Shown here: one piece after another, positions 57,201 to 64,000 of the stretch
Position numbering within the stretch: the stretch's first letter is position 1
Layout of the letters: each line of letters begins with the position of its first letter
IMG/VR virus record: IMGVR_UViG_3300010350_000237
Location: 1,052-65,051 of that record
Source: a virus
Direction: 5' to 3' (one strand)
DNA: 64,000 bases
Position numbers and translations under genes: made by a program
Notes under the pieces: generated by a model
What the model was told of the DNA's origin: nothing
Seen by the model: only the letters and a program-made list of their open reading frames with translations
Database searches by the model: none

Positions 57201-60200
57201 ATGAAACGAATTTTCCAGATCGCGTTTTTCCTGTCAATTTCGCCGACGTTTTTATTTTCCCAGGCGATCGTTAAAGGTTCGGGCATTGTTTACACGAACG
57301 GAGCCCCGACGCACAGTATCGACATAAATACGGACGCCGAAGTCGCTATCGATACCGCGTCCGGTTACTGGTACGAAAGAAGTCGCGACGGGGCTGGCTG
57401 GATTTTGGCCGGTTTCCGTATTCAGTTACTGGCGGGGTCTTCGGCACCTTCCGGGGCTCCAGCCGACAAAGAATCCGAAGTCGTCGTTAACGACGTCGAT
57501 TCCCTTTATCGATGGCGTTCCGGGGCCTGGCGCCACTTAAACAAAGTCGTTACTTATACGGCTGGGACTGGTATAAATATTACGTCCGGTAATGTTATCG
57601 AAAATACCGGCGATCTGTCGGATTCGAACGAAGGAATCCTGGGCGTCGGCGCTGGAGGGGCCACGTCTTCGACCCTTACCAGTAATACGTCCGGCGCTGC
57701 CGGGGTAACAATAAACGCGGCCGGTATTCTGTCGATCAGCGAAACGACGTCGACGAATGGCGGGTCGATTACGATTACCGGTACCGAAGTCGACGGTTCA
57801 GTAACGAACGAAGGAACCCTGGGCGTCGGCGCTGGAGGGGCCACGTCTTCGACGCTTCTTTCCAATACGTCAGGCGCGACAGGGGTAACGGTAAACGTCG
57901 CCGGTATTTTATCGATCAGCGAATCGACGTCGGCGAATGGCGGTTCGATTACGATTACCGGTACCGAAGTCGACGGGTCGGTAACGAATGAACTCCAGAC
58001 GATCGCCAATACGTCAGACGCGACCAGTCATACGGTCACGCTTTCAAACTCTGGCGGTTCTGTCCAACTGGTCGAAGGTGCGAACGTAACCTTAACGACG
58101 ACGGGTACGGGTTCCGATGGAATCGTTACGATCGCGGCTTCGTCTGGAGGCGGGGCCGATCTTTCGTATTCTGGAGCATCGTCGCCCGTAACCCTGGCAA
58201 GTTCGACAGGAACCGACGTAACTTTTACGGAAGGGGGAATCGTTACGATAACGGCTTCGTCGTCGAACCTGACGATCAGCGCGACCGAAGTCGACGGTTC
58301 GGTAACGAACGAAGCCTGGACGATAGACGCGGACGACGCCGATACCGAAGTTATCAGTAACCAGACGGTAAAATTTGAAGGGGCCGGTATAACGACGACC
58401 GATTATAACCCAGCGACCGACGTTCTGTTAATCACTTCGACCGAAGTCGACGGTTCGGTAACGAATGAACTCCAGACGATCGCCAATACGTCAGACGCGA
58501 CCAGTCATACGGTCACGCTTTCGAATTCTGGCGGGTCGGTACAACTGGTCGAAGGGTCAAACATAACCCTAACGACGACCGGTACCGGGTCGGACGGAAT
58601 CGTTACGATCGCGTCGACTGGAGGGGGGACGACCGATCTTTCTTATACTGGGTCGACTTCGCCGGTAACCCTGGCAAGTTCGACAGGTAACGACGTAACG
58701 ATAACGGAAGGGGGAATCGTTACGATAACGGCGACTTCTTCGAACCTGACGATCAGCGCGACCGAAGTCGATGGTTCAGTTACGAATGAACTCCAGACGA
58801 TCGCCAATACTTCGGACGCGACCAGTCATACGGTCACGCTTTCAAACTCCGGCGGTTCTGTTCAACTGGTCGAAGGTGCGAACGTAACCTTAACGACGAC
58901 GGGTACGGGTTCCGACGGAATCGTTACGATCGCGGCGACGTCTGGAGGCGGAACCGATCTTTCGTATTCTGGAGCATCGTCGCCGGTTACCCTGGTAAGT
59001 TCTTCGGGTAACGACGTAACCTTTACCGAAAGCGGAATCGTTACAATAACGGCGACTTCTTCGAACCTGACGATCAGCGCGACCGAAGTCGATGGTTCAA
59101 TAACGAACGAAGGAATCCTGGGCGTCGGCGCTGGAGGGGCGACGTCTTCGACAATCATTACGAACACGTCGACCGGGAACGACGTAACTGTAAACGTCGG
59201 CGGTATTTTATCGATCAGCGAATCGACGTCGACGAACGGCGGGTCGATAACGATTACCGGTACGGAAGTCGACGGTTCGGTAACGAATGAACTCCAAACG
59301 ATCGCCAATACGTCAGACGCGACCAGTCACACGGTAACCCTGTCTTCTTCGGGCGGGTCGATTCAATTCGTCGAAGGGGCAAACGTTACGCTTACGACGA
59401 CGGGTACGGGTTCCGACGGAATCGTTACGATCGCGGCGACGTCTGGAGGCGGAACCGATCTTTCGTATTCTGGAGCATCGTCGCCGGTTACCCTGGTAAG
59501 TTCTTCGGGTAACGACGTAACCTTTACCGAAAGCGGAATCGTTACGATAACAGCGACGTCGTCGAACCTGACGATCAGCGCGACCGAAGTCGACGGTTCG
59601 GTAACGAATGAACTCCAGACCCTGGCGAATACTTCGGACGCGACCAGTCATACGGTCACGCTTTCGAATTCGGGCGGGTCGGTACAACTGGTCGAAGGGT
59701 CAAACGTAACCCTAACGACGACCGGTACGGGTTCCGATGGGATTGTTACGATCGCGTCGACCGAAGTCGACGGTTCGATTACAAACGAAGGAATCCTGGG
59801 CGTCGGCGCTGGAGGGGCAACGTCGTCGACCCTGACGACAAACACGTCGACAGGTAACGACGTAACGGTAAACGTCGCCGGTATTTTATCGATCAGCGAA
59901 TCGACGTCTTCGAACGGCGGGTCGATTACGATTACCGGAACCGAAGTCGACGGGTCGGTAACAAACGAACTCCAGACCCTGGCGAACACTTCAAACGCGA
60001 CCAGTCATACGGTCACGCTTTCAAACTCCGGCGGTTCTGTTCAACTGGTCGAAGGCGCGAATGTAACCCTAACGACGACCGGTACCGGGTCGGACGGAAT
60101 CGTTACGATCGCCGCGACGTCTGGAGGCGGGGCCGATCTTTCCTTTACTGGGTCGACTTCGCCGGTTACTCTGAACAGTTCGACCGGAACCGACGTAACC

Positions 60201-61895
60201 TTTACCGAAAGCGGAATCGTTACGATAACAGCGACGTCGTCGAACGTTACGATCAGCGCGACGGAAGTCGACGGTTCGGTAACGAACGAACTCCAGACGA
60301 TCGCCAATACTTCGGACGCTACCAGTCACACGGTAACCCTGTCTTCTTCCGGCGGTTCCGTCCAATTGGTCGAAGGGACAAACGTAACCCTAACGACGAC
60401 GGGTACCGGCTCCGATGGAATCGTTACGATCGCGTCGACCGAAGTCGATGGTTCGATTACAAACGAAGGAATCCTGGGCGTCGGCGCTGGAGGCGCGACG
60501 TCGTCGACGATTATTACGAACACGTCGACCGGCAACGCGGTAACAATAAACGCGGCCGGTATTCTGTCGATCAGCGAATCGACGTCTTCGAATGGCGGGT
60601 CGATTACGATTACCGGAACCGAAGTCGACGGTTCGGTAACGAATGAACTCCAGACGATCGCCAATACGTCAAACGCGACCAGTCATACGGTCACGCTTTC
60701 AAACTCCGGCGGTTCTGTCCAACTGGTCGAAGGGTCAAACATAACCCTAACGACGACCGGTACCGGCTCCGACGGAATCGTTACGATCGCGTCGACTGGA
60801 GGTTCCGGCGATATGATACTTTCGGCCGTTCAGACTATTACCGGCGCGAAGACCTTCGGCGCTGCCGGGAATGTCGGTAAGTTGATTATTGCCGGGAATA
60901 CAAGCGGCACGACAATTTTAAACGCGGCTGCCGTCGCTGGTTCTGGAACCGTAACACTTCCGACGACTGGAACGCTGTCGACGCTGGCCGGAACCGAAAC
61001 CCTTACAAATAAGACGATATCGTTCAGTAATAACACGCTTACGAACGTAATGTCGACAACAACAGCGCAAAGCGTTACGGCTGGGATAAAAAAGACCTTC
61101 CAGGCGAACGGAACGACAGCTGGTTTTCGACTTGCCGGTGTTTCGTCCGACCCTTCTTCCCTGACGGCCGGCGATATCTGGTATCGGACAGATTCCGAAA
61201 AACTAACATACCAGGGCGCGGCGTCGACGCGAAGCCTGGTCGCCGAAAACTTAACCCAGACCCTAACGAACAAGACAATAAGCGGCGCGTCGAATACGAT
61301 TACGAACGTCAGTTTATCGACAGGCGTTACCGGTAACCTTCCAGTTACGAATCTTAATTCTGGTACTGGAGCAACGGCGACGACATTCTGGACAGGGAAC
61401 GGAACCTGGTCGGCCGAAGTCGACGGTTCAGTTACGAACGAAGGTTCGCTTTCGGTTTCTGCCGGAGGCTCGAACGACAGCCAGATCGCCAGTAATACTT
61501 CGGGAAGTACGAACGTAACGATATCGGGCGGAACGGGAATCCAGGTAACCGAATCGGGTTCGACGATAACAGTCAGCGCGACAGCGACAACGTTTAACGC
61601 CCAGACCGGGACGTCTTATACCCTGGTTCTGACGGATGCCGGGAAAATTGTAACAATGTCGAACGCGTCGGCGAATACGCTTACGATTCCGCCGAATAGT
61701 TCGGTCGCGTTCCCGACTGGGACGATAATAAATATCGTACAATACGGAGCCGGACAAACGACGATCGCCCCAGGTTCGGGCGTAACCTTAAACAGTGCGG
61801 ATTCGAAGACAAAACTTCGCGTTCAAAATTCCCCGTCTTCTATCGTTAAAACTGATACTAACGTATGGCTTTTATTTGGCGACATTTCAAATTAA
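57201..61895 (+). CDS. 1564-aa signal-peptide fibre/adhesin-like repeat protein
   Basis: MKRIFQIAFFLSISPTFLFS|QA; 19 repeat modules; C-terminal NAQTGTSYTLVLTDAGK domain. Confidence 0.85.
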   Translation: MKRIFQIAFFLSISPTFLFSQAIVKGSGIVYTNGAPTHSIDINTDAEVAIDTASGYWYERSRDGAGWILAGFRIQLLAGSSAPSGAPADKESEVVVNDVDSLYRWRSGAWRHLNKVVTYTAGTGINITSGNVIENTGDLSDSNEGILGVGAGGATSSTLTSNTSGAAGVTINAAGILSISETTSTNGGSITITGTEVDGSVTNEGTLGVGAGGATSSTLLSNTSGATGVTVNVAGILSISESTSANGGSITITGTEVDGSVTNELQTIANTSDATSHTVTLSNSGGSVQLVEGANVTLTTTGTGSDGIVTIAASSGGGADLSYSGASSPVTLASSTGTDVTFTEGGIVTITASSSNLTISATEVDGSVTNEAWTIDADDADTEVISNQTVKFEGAGITTTDYNPATDVLLITSTEVDGSVTNELQTIANTSDATSHTVTLSNSGGSVQLVEGSNITLTTTGTGSDGIVTIASTGGGTTDLSYTGSTSPVTLASSTGNDVTITEGGIVTITATSSNLTISATEVDGSVTNELQTIANTSDATSHTVTLSNSGGSVQLVEGANVTLTTTGTGSDGIVTIAATSGGGTDLSYSGASSPVTLVSSSGNDVTFTESGIVTITATSSNLTISATEVDGSITNEGILGVGAGGATSSTIITNTSTGNDVTVNVGGILSISESTSTNGGSITITGTEVDGSVTNELQTIANTSDATSHTVTLSSSGGSIQFVEGANVTLTTTGTGSDGIVTIAATSGGGTDLSYSGASSPVTLVSSSGNDVTFTESGIVTITATSSNLTISATEVDGSVTNELQTLANTSDATSHTVTLSNSGGSVQLVEGSNVTLTTTGTGSDGIVTIASTEVDGSITNEGILGVGAGGATSSTLTTNTSTGNDVTVNVAGILSISESTSSNGGSITITGTEVDGSVTNELQTLANTSNATSHTVTLSNSGGSVQLVEGANVTLTTTGTGSDGIVTIAATSGGGADLSFTGSTSPVTLNSSTGTDVTFTESGIVTITATSSNVTISATEVDGSVTNELQTIANTSDATSHTVTLSSSGGSVQLVEGTNVTLTTTGTGSDGIVTIASTEVDGSITNEGILGVGAGGATSSTIITNTSTGNAVTINAAGILSISESTSSNGGSITITGTEVDGSVTNELQTIANTSNATSHTVTLSNSGGSVQLVEGSNITLTTTGTGSDGIVTIASTGGSGDMILSAVQTITGAKTFGAAGNVGKLIIAGNTSGTTILNAAAVAGSGTVTLPTTGTLSTLAGTETLTNKTISFSNNTLTNVMSTTTAQSVTAGIKKTFQANGTTAGFRLAGVSSDPSSLTAGDIWYRTDSEKLTYQGAASTRSLVAENLTQTLTNKTISGASNTITNVSLSTGVTGNLPVTNLNSGTGATATTFWTGNGTWSAEVDGSVTNEGSLSVSAGGSNDSQIASNTSGSTNVTISGGTGIQVTESGSTITVSATATTFNAQTGTSYTLVLTDAGKIVTMSNASANTLTIPPNSSVAFPTGTIINIVQYGAGQTTIAPGSGVTLNSADSKTKLRVQNSPSSIVKTDTNVWLLFGDISN
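57627..60800 (+). repeat. 19 in-frame modules, order C C A B D A B A B C A B A C A B A C A
   Basis: Read from the translation; shared TEVDGS(V/I)TNE hinge. Confidence 0.9.
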
Positions 61896-62827
61896 CAACG
61901 GCGCTTTTATTCGTCGTCGGGTCTTTGTTTGGGCAGTTTACCGGTAACGGCGTTATCGGAGTTATCGCGTCGTCGATTCAGGTCGGAGGGTCAACGTTTA
62001 CGGGATTACTGGACACGGTACCGGACGCCGGATTCTTTTATTCGTTACGTCGTGTAAATAGTGCTTATACCGGCGATCTTTTGACCGTTAGACGTGCAAG
62101 CGACGACGCCGAACAGTCGATCGGTTACGTCGCCGATACCTTAGATCGGGCGTCAATAGAAAGTTTTTGTTCTGGAACGACCTGTTACGTTCCACTTTGG
62201 AACGATCAGTCTGGAAACGGACGGGACGCGCTGGGCTGGAACGAATCGACGACAAACGATAACCTTCCGATTATAGTAAACGCCGGAACGACGGTAACGC
62301 TTAACGGACGAATCGCGATTTATTGTCCTCATCCCAGGGCCTTTTTTTGGACGGACGCGTCGACAGATATCAGCGACTTAATTACTGCCGTCGGAGGCGG
62401 AGGCGGAACGAAGGCCGGTACGGCTCACGTCGTCGGGTATGTCGGGTCGACGCCGACCGACCCTTATTTATTTGCGCTGAACGACCCAGGGGGCGACGAA
62501 TATTGGTGGCTTTATTCTGACGGAAACGCCAGAATCGAATTTAATAGTACGGCTGCAAGTATGGGCGCCGACATAACCCGCGACGCGCAAACAATTTGGT
62601 GCGGACGGGTAACAGGAACGACGTTCGAAGTCTTCGAAAACGGTTCTTCGATCGGTTCTTCGACGAACGGTTCGTCCCAGACTTCGACGACGACCGAAGT
62701 CGAATTTAAGTTCGGAGGCGGGTCGTTTTCCAGTCGAACGATCGACGGTTATTACCAGGAAATCGGTTCCTGGAAAACGTCGGAAAATGTTACGACCCTT
62801 TATAATTCCGCGAATGCTTACTGGTAA
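61865..62827 (+). CDS. Signal-peptide LamG/ConA-like (arabinofuranosidase-catalytic-domain-like) protein
   Basis: ...VVGSLFG|QF; YSLRRVNSAYTG....VRRASD; WNDQSGNGRDA. Confidence 0.7.
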   Translation: MAFIWRHFKLTTALLFVVGSLFGQFTGNGVIGVIASSIQVGGSTFTGLLDTVPDAGFFYSLRRVNSAYTGDLLTVRRASDDAEQSIGYVADTLDRASIESFCSGTTCYVPLWNDQSGNGRDALGWNESTTNDNLPIIVNAGTTVTLNGRIAIYCPHPRAFFWTDASTDISDLITAVGGGGGTKAGTAHVVGYVGSTPTDPYLFALNDPGGDEYWWLYSDGNARIEFNSTAASMGADITRDAQTIWCGRVTGTTFEVFENGSSIGSSTNGSSQTSTTTEVEFKFGGGSFSSRTIDGYYQEIGSWKTSENVTTLYNSANAYW

Positions 62828-62839
62828 AAACTTTGTTTT

Positions 62840-63118
62840 ATGATAGTTCACAAACGTAAAAGCACAAACAAATTATTTGTTTTATGGTATGTCCAGAACG
62901 AAAAAGGCGTACCAGGGGAACCGACGATCTGGTTCTGGCCTTTGAAGACTTCCCGTCTGGGAATCTTTAATTCGCGACTGACGATCGACGATAAAGCCGA
63001 CCCGGTATCGTTCCCGAAAAGTAAAGTCGACGGTCTGTTCGACGAAATCGATATAAAACTTCCTTCCCTTCCGACGATACCAGGTATCGAACTTCCGAAG
63101 AAAACAGAAATCGAATAA
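62840..63118 (+). CDS. Hypothetical protein
   Basis: Co-oriented ORF. Confidence 0.65.
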   Translation: MIVHKRKSTNKLFVLWYVQNEKGVPGEPTIWFWPLKTSRLGIFNSRLTIDDKADPVSFPKSKVDGLFDEIDIKLPSLPTIPGIELPKKTEIE

Positions 63119-63125
63119 TTATCGA

Positions 63126-64000
63126 ATGAAGAAGATTTTTTTCGCCGTCGTTTTATCCCTTATCGCGTCGACCGGATTTTCCCAGGTCGCGAAGGGTACC
63201 GGTATTTTTTATTTTAACGGCCCGCCGTCGATACCGGTAAACGAATGTTACGACGGCGAAGTCGGAATCGACACTTCTTCGGGGTATTGGTACGAATATT
63301 CCAGGGACTTGGCGTCCTGGATAAAAGCCGGGTTTCGGGTTCAGTTATACGATACTTGCGCAAAACCGGTTTACGTTCCAGTCGACAAACAGTCCGAAGT
63401 CGTCCTTAATTCCTGCGATTCGCTTTATCGCTGGCGTTCCGGGGCCTGGTACCATTTAAACCCAGGTTCGGCGGTTACTGGCTGGACGATCGCGGCGGAC
63501 GACGTCGATACGGAACTGATAACGAACCAGACGGTCACGTTCTCCGGCGCTGGGATTACGACGACGGATTATAACCCAGCGACCGACGTCCTGTTAATAA
63601 CTTCGACGGAAGTCGACGGTTCGGTAACGAACGAACTCCAGACGCTGGCGAATACTTCGGACGCGACCAGTCATACGGTCACGCTTTCAAACTCTGGCGG
63701 GTCGGTACAACTGGTCGAAGGGGCAAACGTTACGCTTACGACGACGGGTACGGGCTCCGATGGGATTGTTACGATCGCGGCTTCGTCTGGAGGCGGAACC
63801 GATCTTTCGTACTCTGGAGCATCGTCGCCCGTAACCCTGAACAGCTCGACCGGTACCGACGTAACCTTTACGGAAGGCGGAATCGTAACGCTTACCGCGA
63901 CGTCGTCGAACCTAACGATCAGCGCGACGGAAGTCGACGGTTCGGTAACGAACGAACTCCAGACGCTGGCGAATACTTCGGACGCGACCAGTCATACGGT
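63126..64000 (+). CDS. N-terminal part of the second signal-peptide fibre/adhesin-like protein (3'-truncated; absent from the ORF track)
   Basis: MKKIFFAVVLSLIASTGFS|QVAKGTG; N-domain paralogous to 57201; modules D,A,B,A. Confidence 0.85.
   Translation, partial: MKKIFFAVVLSLIASTGFSQVAKGTGIFYFNGPPSIPVNECYDGEVGIDTSSGYWYEYSRDLASWIKAGFRVQLYDTCAKPVYVPVDKQSEVVLNSCDSLYRWRSGAWYHLNPGSAVTGWTIAADDVDTELITNQTVTFSGAGITTTDYNPATDVLLITSTEVDGSVTNELQTLANTSDATSHTVTLSNSGGSVQLVEGANVTLTTTGTGSDGIVTIAASSGGGTDLSYSGASSPVTLNSSTGTDVTFTEGGIVTLTATSSNLTISATEVDGSVTNELQTLANTSDATSHT

Larger units (their letters stand above)
1..64000 (+). mobile_element. Tailed dsDNA bacteriophage genome (near-complete), Bacteroidota host
   Basis: TerL, portal, S49 protease, capsid, tape measure and endolysin present; genes co-oriented and tightly packed; TAnnTTTG promoters; no Shine-Dalgarno motifs seen. 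Confidence 0.95.

Noticed and set aside
57627-60800. CRISPR array or DGR template/variable repeats
   Set aside because: Repeats are 150-180 bp, in frame and vary mostly at synonymous sites; no spacers, cas genes or reverse transcriptase
63953-64000. Exact terminal direct repeat
   Set aside because: Two mismatches to 1-48, within a multi-copy repeat; cannot define termini
1-64000. Integrase, tRNAs, DNA polymerase, methyltransferase
   Set aside because: No recognisable motifs found by eye; absence needs HMM and tRNAscan confirmation

Overview
Most or all of a ~64 kb tailed (siphovirus-like) dsDNA phage of a Bacteroidota host. All supported genes are on the + strand, and both window ends fall inside the same kind of repeat-built fibre-like gene, so the genome is probably circular or circularly permuted. 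Order: fibre C-terminus, holin, GH19 endolysin; early cassettes driven by Bacteroidota-type promoters (TTTG/GTTG-N19-20-TAnnTTTG); recombination genes; replication initiator with internal iterons; VRR-NUC, RNase H, DUF5131, PAS, PAPS-reductase-like and DUF932 genes; a ParB / ABC-ATPase / GNAT module; TerS, TerL; tail genes and tape measure; S49 protease, scaffold, capsid, tail tube, portal; then fibre-like genes. No integrase, tRNA or CRISPR array was seen. Strongest leads: (1) a candidate ~74 nt sRNA at ~15782-15855 that is antisense to a 5' leader shared by about ten early and replication mRNAs; (2) fibre/adhesin-like proteins that carry Bacteroidota Sec signal peptides (Gln at +1); (3) two hidden -1 frameshifts at 9-nt homopolymers; (4) catalytically degenerate nucleases and unexpected enzymes in the virion operon. 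All family calls are from motif recognition by eye, not database searches.
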